The position numbers and the translations under genes were made by a program. A model generated the notes under the pieces. The model saw nothing but the letters and a program-made list of their open reading frames with translations, was not told where the DNA came from and ran no database searches. A DNA stretch of 32,000 bases from Candidatus Heimdallarchaeota archaeon (lineage in GTDB: Archaea; Asgardarchaeota; Heimdallarchaeia; Heimdallarchaeales; Kariarchaeaceae): positions 60,001 through 92,000 of the forward strand of contig JASBSB010000008.1 in the NCBI GenBank assembly GCA_030149205.1, in the 5' to 3' direction. Of the stretch, positions 19,006 to 27,530 are shown in pieces (positions within the stretch are counted from its first letter, which is position 1; each line of letters opens with the position of its first letter).

Positions 19006-19956
19006 TTGAAGGTTAATTTAATGAAATTCTTACTGTCTGGAGGAACTGGATTGATTGGATCTACCTTTATTAAGAGTTTAAATGCCGATGCGGAGGTTCA
19101 CATTCTTTCTCGAGACCCTCAAAGATATCAATCGTTATTTCCAGAAAATGTAAAATTTCACAAATGGGATGGTGAATCTATCGGGAAATGGAGGGATATT
19201 ATAGATGATCAAACTATAATAATCAATTTGGCTGGTGCCTCAATAGGATCTAAAAGGTGGACAAAATCAAGAAAACATGTACTGAGATCATCAAGAATAG
19301 AATCAACAAGAACCTTAGTTCAAGCAATTTCTCAATCTAAAGTCAAAGTTAAAAAATTCCTTCAAATCTCAGCGGTGGGGTATTATGGTTCAAAAATAAT
19401 TCCAGAAATATATAATGAGACAAGTCAGGCTGGAGATGATTTTTTAGCTCAACTTTGTGTAGATTGGGAGGCTGAGGTTAAACCACTCTTAGAAAGTAGT
19501 ATCTCTTGTAAGATATTAAGAATGGGTATAGTTTTTTCTAAAGATGATGGAGTACTAAAACGACTATCTACACCTATAAAATATTTTATTGGAGGATATT
19601 TAGGAACTGGGGATCAATGGATATCATGGGTTCATATTCAAGATGTTATCAAGGCAATGAAATTTTTGATTACCGAGGAAACTAAAGAAACAATTTTTAA
19701 TATCACCAGCCCCCAATGTGTGACAAATTATCTACTAACAAAAAAAATAGGAAGGGTGCTCCGTAAGCCCACATTTTTACAAATTCCAGGATTTGTTTTA
19801 AAATTAGCGTTGGGTGAAATGTCAGATATTGTCTTAAAGGGGCAACGTGTTTATCCTGCAAATTTGATGCAAGAAAATTTTAAGTTTGATCATATTGATC
19901 TGGATCGTACGTTGAAGGATCTCTTACCTACAAATTCAGTTTTATCAAACACATAA
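19006..19956 (+). CDS. TIGR01777 family NAD-dependent epimerase/oxidoreductase (likely start ATG 19021)
   Basis: GGTGLIG, INLAGASI..KRWT..RK..L..SRI.ST, SAVGYYG, FLA.LC.DWE, G.G.QW.SWVHI.D. Confidence 0.92.
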   Translation: MKVNLMKFLLSGGTGLIGSTFIKSLNADAEVHILSRDPQRYQSLFPENVKFHKWDGESIGKWRDIIDDQTIIINLAGASIGSKRWTKSRKHVLRSSRIESTRTLVQAISQSKVKVKKFLQISAVGYYGSKIIPEIYNETSQAGDDFLAQLCVDWEAEVKPLLESSISCKILRMGIVFSKDDGVLKRLSTPIKYFIGGYLGTGDQWISWVHIQDVIKAMKFLITEETKETIFNITSPQCVTNYLLTKKIGRVLRKPTFLQIPGFVLKLALGEMSDIVLKGQRVYPANLMQENFKFDHIDLDRTLKDLLPTNSVLSNT

Positions 19957-20004
19957 TTGGAATCTTCAGGTAAAGGTTTTATTTTGTACCTTTCGACCTA
20001 GGAT

Positions 20005-20691
20005 ATGGTAAATATTTCAGAGTCGGTTTTGGTTGCTCTGTTGTTACTTTATATCTTATCCCTAATCATCTTGACAGAACTATTAATCAAATTTAAACTA
20101 ACTTCAGAAGTAAATTCTAGGAAATTATTACATATCTTGTCTGGGAATGTTGTTTTCTTTTTGTTTTATCTTAAGACCTATTGGCTTTCAGTTCTCATTC
20201 CAGCAGGATTTATTGTTGTAAATTATTTAATGTCACCAAATTCAAATTTGAGCTCTTTTAAGCTCAAAACATTTAACGCCGGACATTCTTATGGAACAGT
20301 GTATTATGCAATCTCATTAACGATATTAGTTGTTTTTGGATTTGATAACAAGGAGTTAATTCTGTTGAGCTTCCTTCCTCTTTCATACGGAGATGGACTC
20401 GCAGCTTTAATTGGAATGAAATATCCATTTAAGGAAATTACCCTTTACAATGGTAAAAAATCCCTGAACGGTTCTTTGGCTTTTATTCTTGGTTCATTCT
20501 TCTCACTCTTCTTTAGCTTTCAAGTTCTCAATATTCTATCGTATTCTGTAATTTATTTGCTTTTTATCTCAATATTTGGATTGGTTTTAGAGTTAATTTC
20601 ACCACGGGGTACAGATAACCTAGTAGTTCCCATTGGAATTTTTGTTACCATCTCCTGGCTTCTTCCCTTCTTAATTAGCTCCTTTCACTGA
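20005..20691 (+). CDS. CTP-dependent polyprenol kinase family (phytol/dolichol/DGK1-like)
   Basis: RKLLHILSG, YGDGLAALIG, KKSLNGS, GTDNLVVP; polytopic membrane protein. Confidence 0.82.
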   Translation: MVNISESVLVALLLLYILSLIILTELLIKFKLTSEVNSRKLLHILSGNVVFFLFYLKTYWLSVLIPAGFIVVNYLMSPNSNLSSFKLKTFNAGHSYGTVYYAISLTILVVFGFDNKELILLSFLPLSYGDGLAALIGMKYPFKEITLYNGKKSLNGSLAFILGSFFSLFFSFQVLNILSYSVIYLLFISIFGLVLELISPRGTDNLVVPIGIFVTISWLLPFLISSFH

Positions 20692-20780
20692 TTTTCGATT
20701 TGGTCAATATTTGGAATTTTGGATTAATCTAACTCATCTTTACATTCTAAGTTTAAGGATACAAATTTCATATCAAAAAA

Positions 20781-21233
20781 TTAGTAAAAATATACAAAAT
20801 ATACAAGAAGTGTCATTGAAATAATAAAAATCCAAACCGGAATAAGCTTCTTAAAAATTGAATCATCCTTTGTACTACCGGTCATTTCATTATAGATCTG
20901 TTCTGAAGCTAATCGCTTGATATCCCTTTTTTTCTTCGAATAAAGTTTAGGATTTTTTCTTTTATTAATCTGTTCCAATTGATCAAGTTTTGCAGAAAGA
21001 TCATTTAACCGCAGATTTATTTCTCTCAGGTTATAAGTTTCCTTTTTAGTTTTTGGTTTCAATTCTGACAGAGTTTTTGTGGTGAAATCTTGTCGGCACA
21101 CTGGACAATGTAAATTATTTAAAAGCCAAGCCGCTAGATGGTCTCTATGAAATTTTGAATGACAGTTCTCACAACTGATGTATTGAGAGCTAGATTCTAA
21201 ACCACCATAACAGATGTTACATGTATCCTCCAT
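20781..21233 (-). CDS. RING-finger protein with C-terminal TM (putative tail-anchored E3 ligase)
   Basis: C-x2-C-x12-C-x2-C-x4-H-x2-H-x3-W-x6-C-x2-C at the N-terminus, a coiled/basic middle and a terminal hydrophobic helix (LIPVWIFIISMTLLVYFVYFY). Confidence 0.82.
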   Translation of the reverse strand: MEDTCNICYGGLESSSQYISCENCHSKFHRDHLAAWLLNNLHCPVCRQDFTTKTLSELKPKTKKETYNLREINLRLNDLSAKLDQLEQINKRKNPKLYSKKKRDIKRLASEQIYNEMTGSTKDDSIFKKLIPVWIFIISMTLLVYFVYFY

Positions 21234-21306
21234 ACTACGAATTCGATTATTTGCACATTTTATTTAAGATAAATCCTCAAACATTGTACTCAAGTGTATT
21301 TTGTAT

Positions 21307-21963
21307 TTACTCATCCGTTTTTAAATTAACAAGTTTATATCCCACATGTGAACCTTTGTAATCTTTATTCAACTGGATCGCTAAAGCAGTCATTCCCTCA
21401 ATGGTTTTAGAATGGGCTTTACCCTGAATTCTAATTCCTCTTAAACCTAAATTTGAAATAATTTTTTCAACCTCTAATGCTGCATCATCGTCCAAAGACA
21501 TCACAAATACATCCTGCAGTTCTGTTGTTGTAGGGAGATTTAGGAGAGATGAAGCAGAGAATGTTTTCATAGTCGAAACTACTTTTGCCTCTGGGATTAG
21601 GTCTCGTATCCGTTCATAACTACTTTTATTTTCTATGAATTCAGCTTTAATAAACTTTCCAAATTTGATATTTACCATAGATTCTATAAGGATTTTACCA
21701 GTGAAAGCAGAAATCAGCGGATTAAAAATCACATCAATTTGATCTGATGGTATCGTACTCCAAATTATGTCAGCTGAACATGCATCTAAATTTGTTCCAC
21801 CCTTAAAAGATAGCAAATGTTTAAGAGATAGTTCCTCAGCTCTTTTTTCCCCTTTTTCTTTATTCCTTGAACCTATAATGACCTTATAGCCTGCTCTTCC
21901 TAGTGCCACAGCTAGGTTTGAGCCAAAGGAACCTGTACCCCCAATTATACCGATGCTTGTCAA
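21307..21963 (-). CDS. npdG: NADPH-dependent F420 reductase family
   Basis: IGIIGGTGSFGSNLA..L..AGYKVIIGSR..EK...A and C-terminal IE.MT.L.I.LN..YK...G. Confidence 0.8.
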   Translation of the reverse strand: MTSIGIIGGTGSFGSNLAVALGRAGYKVIIGSRNKEKGEKRAEELSLKHLLSFKGGTNLDACSADIIWSTIPSDQIDVIFNPLISAFTGKILIESMVNIKFGKFIKAEFIENKSSYERIRDLIPEAKVVSTMKTFSASSLLNLPTTTELQDVFVMSLDDDAALEVEKIISNLGLRGIRIQGKAHSKTIEGMTALAIQLNKDYKGSHVGYKLVNLKTDE

Positions 21964-21973
21964 TCAGGTCTAC

Positions 21974-22246
21974 CTACAACGATTTTAACATCTCTTGGGC
22001 TTGTTTGTGTCCCTTTTCGGCAGCCTTTGAAAGCCAAATCTTGGCATTCTCTTTATCACCCAGTTTAGAGTAAAGTTTCCCAAGTCTAAAAATACCTCCT
22101 AGGTGACCTTTTTCTGCGGCTAAAACATACCAATTCTTTGCTTCTTCTAGGTTTCCTTCTTCCTCTAACATTTTTCCGAGATTAAACGCTGCTAAAGGAT
22201 TCCCTGATTCCGCCAACCTTTGTAAAGTGTCTTTATCTTCAAACAT
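21974..22246 (-). CDS. Small Sel1-like repeat protein
   Basis: Two short Sel1 units (AESGNPLAAFNLGKM....EEAKNWY..AAEKGH; G.FRLGKLY....ENAK.W..KAAEKGH..A). No signal peptide. 10 bp gap to npdG. Confidence 0.88.
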   Translation of the reverse strand: MFEDKDTLQRLAESGNPLAAFNLGKMLEEEGNLEEAKNWYVLAAEKGHLGGIFRLGKLYSKLGDKENAKIWLSKAAEKGHKQAQEMLKSL

Positions 22247-22334
22247 AATTACTAAATTACCATAGAATATTAATACTAATTGAATGTTTCTAAAATTTAG
22301 GTTAGCTATTATTAATCTAGGATTTCAGCTTTTA

Positions 22335-23423
22335 TTAATCTACAACTTTTGTAATCCAATCATATCTATCTTCAATTTTCCCATATTGAATTCCTGTGAG
22401 TTGTTCATAGAGTTCTGCGGTAACCTTCCCAATATTGCCATCACCTACAGTTAATATATCATCTTTATATTTTATTCCACCAACAGGTGCTATGATTGCA
22501 GCAGTTCCCATTCCAAAAATTTCAGTCATGTGTCCTGATTCTATGGTTTCTTCAATTTTGTCTATGGATAAGGCTTCTTCCTTAACTTTGTAGCCAAGGT
22601 CTTTAGAGAGTTGGAGAACAGAGTCACGAGTGACTCCAGGTAATATGGTTCCTTTGAGAGGTGAGGTATATATGACATCATCTAAAACAAAGGCGATGTT
22701 CATTGCACCAACCTCTTCCACGTATTTCTTATGTAGCGAGTCTAACCAGAGCACTTGCGAGTAGCCCTGTTTCTTTGCTTTTACAGCGGCATATAATGAA
22801 GCAGCGTAGTTTCCTGCTGTTTTTGCCTCACCTACACCACCAATGGCTGCTCTAACATATTTATCCTCAACTAGAATTTTAGTTGGAGCAAATCCTTCCT
22901 TAAAATACGGACCTGAGGGGGATAGTATTACAAAGTAAATGTACTCATGAGAAGGTCTCACCCCTAATATTGCTTCGGATGCTATCATGGTTGGTCTAAT
23001 GTATAGAGCGGTACCAAGCTTAGTTGGGATCCAACCCTTCTCAAGTGCAACAAGCTTTTTGATACTCTCAACAAAAAATTCTGGATCAATTGGAGGCATA
23101 ACCATTCTCTGTGCCGATTTATAGAATCTCTGGGCATTCTTATCTGGTCTAAATAAGGCTATATCCCCATTTATCTGCTTATATGCCTTTAAACCCTCAA
23201 ATATTGCCTGTCCATAGTGAAATACTAGACTGGCTGGACTCATCGAAAAATTATGAAATTTCTGTATTTTTCCAGTCTGCCATTTTTCGTTAGAATATTC
23301 ACGAACCAACATTCTGTCAGTGAAATGAGTGCCAAAAACCAATTCATCATCACTGACTTTTGGTTTTAGTTCATTTGAATCAATATCTTCTATAACAAGG
23401 TCTATTTGCTTCAAAGGCTCCAT
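22335..23423 (-). CDS. ilvE: Branched-chain amino acid aminotransferase (bacterial long type)
   Basis: FHYGQAIFEGLKAY, LYIRP, PLP-lysine in EAKTAGNY, EEVGAMN, ILPGVTRDS and GTAA. Confidence 0.96.
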   Translation of the reverse strand: MEPLKQIDLVIEDIDSNELKPKVSDDELVFGTHFTDRMLVREYSNEKWQTGKIQKFHNFSMSPASLVFHYGQAIFEGLKAYKQINGDIALFRPDKNAQRFYKSAQRMVMPPIDPEFFVESIKKLVALEKGWIPTKLGTALYIRPTMIASEAILGVRPSHEYIYFVILSPSGPYFKEGFAPTKILVEDKYVRAAIGGVGEAKTAGNYAASLYAAVKAKKQGYSQVLWLDSLHKKYVEEVGAMNIAFVLDDVIYTSPLKGTILPGVTRDSVLQLSKDLGYKVKEEALSIDKIEETIESGHMTEIFGMGTAAIIAPVGGIKYKDDILTVGDGNIGKVTAELYEQLTGIQYGKIEDRYDWITKVVD

Positions 23424-23578
23424 GTTTAGAGCTTATCTTCTCCACATTAAAAGCTTGTTATTCACCTAAAGTTAAATGTAAACCCCTACTTAAAATAAAT
23501 CTCCGAAAGCTCAGAGTTTTTTAAAATTCTCGGAGTTAATTTCATTTCTTAAATTCATTCTAACAACACTTTTTAAAA

Positions 23579-24346
23579 TTGTTTCAAAATTATCAATTTG
23601 TGGCAGAAATCAGTCCAGTTGATGATCTATCATTAGAATTTGAACCTGAGAAAGAAATTCCAGTTGATGCATTAAGAAAAAATATGAAAATATCGATAGC
23701 TTTAGGGTTTAGTCTTTTTATAATAACCATAGTTCTAGCTGTCCAAGTCAACTTATTCGCAATACTTGTAGGGTTTCTGCTCATTATTAATGTTGTACTA
23801 TCATTGCATTATTTTCACCTGTTTAAACTTCACAAAGATTTCATTAATGCCATAAAACCAGTTTATGGATTTCAACTTGACTTTGATAGAGCTAAAAATT
23901 TTAAGAAGTTTAAGATTTTGGTATATTTAGAAACAGGTTACCTTAGAGAAGATGAGGTTAACTTCGCACAATCAATTGGATTCAGAATCAATTATGAAAG
24001 ACTCAATATTTCAAACCCAATTACATCTTGGTTAATTCAACTTGTGAATAAAACACCTTTCCTTGAATTACCCTATTCAATTGAGATAATCTATGATGAG
24101 GAATTACCTGGACGAGAAATTTTCAGAGATTATTATCTCGACAGTTTGATAGAAGTCCAAAGGGCACTTGAATACCTCTTTGTATCCAAACCATTCCATA
24201 CTCCAAAAGAAAAGGTGTATGATTTGAACTTAAAACACAAGAGTTCACTACTTACTACTGAAGAGACAAGCTATTTAGAATCCCTTTATCTAGAAACTGA
24301 AATTCCTGAAGAGGTAGAAGAATTTATTTCTGATCTGGGGACATAG
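23579..24346 (+). CDS. Hypothetical membrane protein (2-TM hairpin plus soluble domain)
   Basis: TTG start; hydrophobic stretch aa ~38-78 and an acidic C-terminus. No family recognised. Confidence 0.6.
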   Translation: MFQNYQFVAEISPVDDLSLEFEPEKEIPVDALRKNMKISIALGFSLFIITIVLAVQVNLFAILVGFLLIINVVLSLHYFHLFKLHKDFINAIKPVYGFQLDFDRAKNFKKFKILVYLETGYLREDEVNFAQSIGFRINYERLNISNPITSWLIQLVNKTPFLELPYSIEIIYDEELPGREIFRDYYLDSLIEVQRALEYLFVSKPFHTPKEKVYDLNLKHKSSLLTTEETSYLESLYLETEIPEEVEEFISDLGT

Positions 24347-24372
24347 GATAAACTTAAGTTAGCTAATTGACT

Positions 24373-25074
24373 TTATGTACTGATCACAAGTTTTTGTAAT
24401 TCGTTTGAGTTCAATGTAGACCTACACAACGGACAGGTATGTTTATCATTGACCCATCTGAGCAAATGATCTGCATGTCCCCCAGCTTGACAGTGAGGAC
24501 AAATAACAATGTCTCCAATATCTGATTCTGTTAGACCCTGAAAACAGACAACACAGATGTTTTCTTCCAACCTTTTATCAAGGTTTTCCAACCATTCGTT
24601 ATATTCAATTTCTCCAAGCTTGCTGTTTTCTCGGAGTAATTCAATTAGGTTCTCTAGTGCTAAATTTACTTTCCGAACTTTATCATTGGGGTATTTTTCG
24701 TGTAATAATTCCAATTGATTTCTTAACTTCTCGATAGGTGGTAATACATTAAAACCTTCTAGCTTTGAAAGAAGAACATCTTTTACTTTATCTGTATAAA
24801 ACTCTCTATCTACGAATTTTTGGGCGGTTTTGAATTTTTGAAAATTAGATTTCAAAGCATCAATTTTACCCGCTTGTATTTGTTCCTGATTTAATTTGTT
24901 ACGATTATTGTATTTATCAACAATTTTATCCTTAAGCTGGTTAGAAACATTTCTTAGTTTATCTTTAGCTCCTTCCTTTTTGATTAAAGACTCAACTTGA
25001 GTTCCACATTCCACACAATATTTGGATTTAGATTTAAGCGGTTCCCCACAAGCAGGACAATTTACCATTATCAT
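24373..25074 (-). CDS. Double zinc-ribbon + helical region + C-terminal RING-finger protein (putative E3 ligase)
   Basis: CPACG..YCVECG at the N-terminus; C-x2-C-x14-C-x2-C-x4-H-x2-H-x3-W-x6-C-x2-C at the C-terminus. Confidence 0.82.
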   Translation of the reverse strand: MIMVNCPACGEPLKSKSKYCVECGTQVESLIKKEGAKDKLRNVSNQLKDKIVDKYNNRNKLNQEQIQAGKIDALKSNFQKFKTAQKFVDREFYTDKVKDVLLSKLEGFNVLPPIEKLRNQLELLHEKYPNDKVRKVNLALENLIELLRENSKLGEIEYNEWLENLDKRLEENICVVCFQGLTESDIGDIVICPHCQAGGHADHLLRWVNDKHTCPLCRSTLNSNELQKLVIST

Positions 25075-25196
25075 AAATTACTCAACAGAATATTAAAAGA
25101 TTCTTTAACCCTGACTATTAAGACAAGAAATATTCAATCTTCATCCCCAAGAAGCAAAAATTTGAATCCAAATACTTGCTTAACTTTTTTTTGACA

Positions 25197-26066
25197 CTAT
25201 TCAGGTTTTTTGGGGAATAATACTGGAGTTGTCAATTTATAATTTTCATACTCAAGATCCCCACCCCATTTTTCATCTGCTTGCTTTTCCAAAATTGGGA
25301 CTCCACTAACTTTTAATAAAAGGAATGTGACAAAGAATGGAGAGATTAGAGTGAAATATTGTAAGCCTTGGAGAATCGGTACTGTAGCAACTGCGATACC
25401 AAACCAAAGAAGTATCTCACCAAAATAATTTGGATGTCGTGACCAGCTCCAAAGTCCAGTTCGAATAAATTTCCCTTTATTTTTTGAATCTGCCTTAAAA
25501 TTGCTTTTCTGTTTATCGGCAATAACTTCAATTGTGAATCCACAGAGCCATAGGAAAATCCCAATATAAAATAAATACGAGATAGAGGTATCTCCTTTTA
25601 AGATACCAGCGAGAACTGCACCTGCGGTAATAATAATCCAAATAGCTTGAATGTTCCAAACTAAAAAAAATCTTAAAGGATCCTGTTTTATATTATCAAA
25701 CCTTTGATCTTTCCTATATTTTCTGACTCTAGAAAAAAGGAAGATTGAGAGTCTTAAAGCCCAGATCACCACTAATAAAGTTAATACAATGCTTACAATT
25801 GTTGGTTTTGGATTTAGTGTAAGCGCGATTATCCCGACTGAAACATAAGTGATCCCTCCAGTTAGATCAAAATATTTCTCTGTTTTTAAGAGATACGAGG
25901 GGATAAAAACTATCCATTGTAATAAAAATACTATCCCAATTAAAATGTAAAAGGGGGAGAGGGGAAATTGATCAAAGTTAGAATCACTACCCACTATTCC
26001 AAAGAGGAATCCCAGTAAGATGATGAAAAGACTGAGAATTAATGATTTTAAATCAAATTTATTCAT
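25197..26066 (-). CDS. DUF1295 family membrane protein (steroid 5-alpha-reductase-like)
   Basis: YFDLTG, WALRL..FL..R....D.RF, E..AD.QK..F, GLWSWSRHPNYFGE and SGVPILE. Confidence 0.9.
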   Translation of the reverse strand: MNKFDLKSLILSLFIILLGFLFGIVGSDSNFDQFPLSPFYILIGIVFLLQWIVFIPSYLLKTEKYFDLTGGITYVSVGIIALTLNPKPTIVSIVLTLLVVIWALRLSIFLFSRVRKYRKDQRFDNIKQDPLRFFLVWNIQAIWIIITAGAVLAGILKGDTSISYLFYIGIFLWLCGFTIEVIADKQKSNFKADSKNKGKFIRTGLWSWSRHPNYFGEILLWFGIAVATVPILQGLQYFTLISPFFVTFLLLKVSGVPILEKQADEKWGGDLEYENYKLTTPVLFPKKPE

Positions 26067-26241
26067 AACTTAATAACACAAATTATATTTAATTAGATTT
26101 GTATATTAACATTAAATAGATATTTATGCAAATTTTCTCGTCAGCTTCTAGTTTTATCTGAATTTATGCGTTTGATTAGAGAATTGTAAATTTATAAATC
26201 ATAATTTTTGAATTCTCATTAGATAACTGTTAAATAAATTT

Positions 26242-26249
26242 AAGGAGGT
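26242..26249 (+). promoter_or_regulatory. Shine-Dalgarno site of the AAA ATPase gene
   Basis: AAGGAGGT ends 9 nt before ATG 26259; a TTTATAAA box is at 26191-26198. Confidence 0.55.
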
Positions 26250-26258
26250 TTATGATTA

Positions 26259-27353
26259 ATGGCGAGTGAAAAAGATTTTTCAGTTTATTCTGAGACTCCA
26301 GAAGCTACTATCTCTCAAATTAAACAAATTTTAAATATCGTAATAGAGGATTTAGCTGCAGCTGAATCACAGGGAGTATTCTTATGGGGACCACCAGGCA
26401 TCGGAAAATCTTCACTGGTGAAACAGGTTGCAAAAGAAAGAAAAATGGAGTTAGTAGACCTCAGACTCCCACTTATGGATCCTGTTGATTTAAGAGGGTT
26501 ACCAATGATAGATTCTGAGAATGGAAAAGCAAGGTGGCTTCCTCCAGATTTTCTTCCAGACGCAGGAGCAGACCCGGGAATAATATTTCTAGATGAGATA
26601 AACGCCGCACCACCAAGTGTTCAGGCATCTGCCTACCAATTGGTTTTAGATAGGAAACTGGGGAACTATAAGCTACCAGAAGGATGGATTGTTATTGCAG
26701 CTGGTAACAGAACATCTGATAGGTCTGTTGCTTACCGACTTCCGACAGCTCTGGCGAACAGGTTCACACATTTTCAAGTGAAAGTAGATCTAAATGAATG
26801 GGTTGAATGGGCTTGGAAAGTTCGCCTTGATCCCACTGTTATTTCATTTATTAGGTACACCCCTTCTTTGTTGATGAGATTCGATCCTAAAACTAATAGT
26901 ACTGCGTTTCCAACACCACGTTCCTGGGAATTTATATCACGTTTAGCAAAGTTAAGAGAGGAAAATTTTCAATTATACATCAAAGCTGTCAAAGGTACCA
27001 TCGGAGAAGCTGCATCTCAACAGTTCATAGCTTTCCTCAATTATAGGGATACATTACCGGATCCAAAAGAAATTCTGACAGGGAAGGCATATGATATACC
27101 TGATCAGGTGGATGCACAATTTGCACTTCTGGGTGGGTTGATAAACGAATTATTAAACATGAAATCTGAAGAGGCTGTAACAAACTTTTTCCATTATGTG
27201 GCTCAATATGAAGAAACACTATTTTCTGATCATGCAGTGGTTCTTGTTAGGGAGGCATTACAGGCATTCTCATCAAACGGTATCAGAGAGATAATTAGTA
27301 GTTCACCAGAGTTTAGAAATTGGTTGAGAAGAAACCAAAAAGTATTACTTTAA
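26259..27353 (+). CDS. MoxR-related AAA+ ATPase (type usually paired with a DUF2201/VWA-like protein)
   Basis: Walker A GPPGIGKS, MDPVDLRGLP, Walker B IFLDEIN, sensor AAGN, Arg finger ALANRF and AFPTPRSW. Confidence 0.88.
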   Translation: MASEKDFSVYSETPEATISQIKQILNIVIEDLAAAESQGVFLWGPPGIGKSSLVKQVAKERKMELVDLRLPLMDPVDLRGLPMIDSENGKARWLPPDFLPDAGADPGIIFLDEINAAPPSVQASAYQLVLDRKLGNYKLPEGWIVIAAGNRTSDRSVAYRLPTALANRFTHFQVKVDLNEWVEWAWKVRLDPTVISFIRYTPSLLMRFDPKTNSTAFPTPRSWEFISRLAKLREENFQLYIKAVKGTIGEAASQQFIAFLNYRDTLPDPKEILTGKAYDIPDQVDAQFALLGGLINELLNMKSEEAVTNFFHYVAQYEETLFSDHAVVLVREALQAFSSNGIREIISSSPEFRNWLRRNQKVLL

Positions 27354-27379
27354 TGATTGGATGAAAATCTTTTCTCTTC

Positions 27380-27484
27380 TCAGATAACATCATATCAGAG
27401 AATATAGTTTCAGATAACATCATTTCAGAGAACAACATATCAGATAATATTGTTTCAGAACGTCTCATTTCGAATTTTCAAGAT
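27380..27484 (+). repeat. Tandem 15-bp repeat, about 6-7 degenerate units with 30-bp higher-order period
   Basis: tcagataacatcata / tcagagaatatagtt / tcagataacatcatt / tcagagaacaacata / tcagataatattgtt / tcagaacgtctcatt / tcgaattttcaagat. On + it reads SDNII SENIV SDNII SENNI SDNIV SERLI SNFQD then TAA. Confidence 0.9.
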
Positions 27485-27530
27485 TAAGTAAAAATAAAAT
27501 TCAGGTAATATGGAGATGATGTGTAACATT

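Noticed and set aside
23501-23535. CTCCGA...TCGGAG inverted repeat in a divergent promoter
   Set aside because: Only 6-bp arms with a long unpaired spacer; not distinguishable from chance.
27362-27364. In-frame TGA as possible selenocysteine codon
   Set aside because: No Cys-like redox context, no recognisable SECIS hairpin, and the product would be a low-complexity peptide.
27380-27484. Repeat as CRISPR array or replication origin
   Set aside because: Units are contiguous with no spacers, and no cas or orc1/cdc6 gene or ORB motif is nearby.
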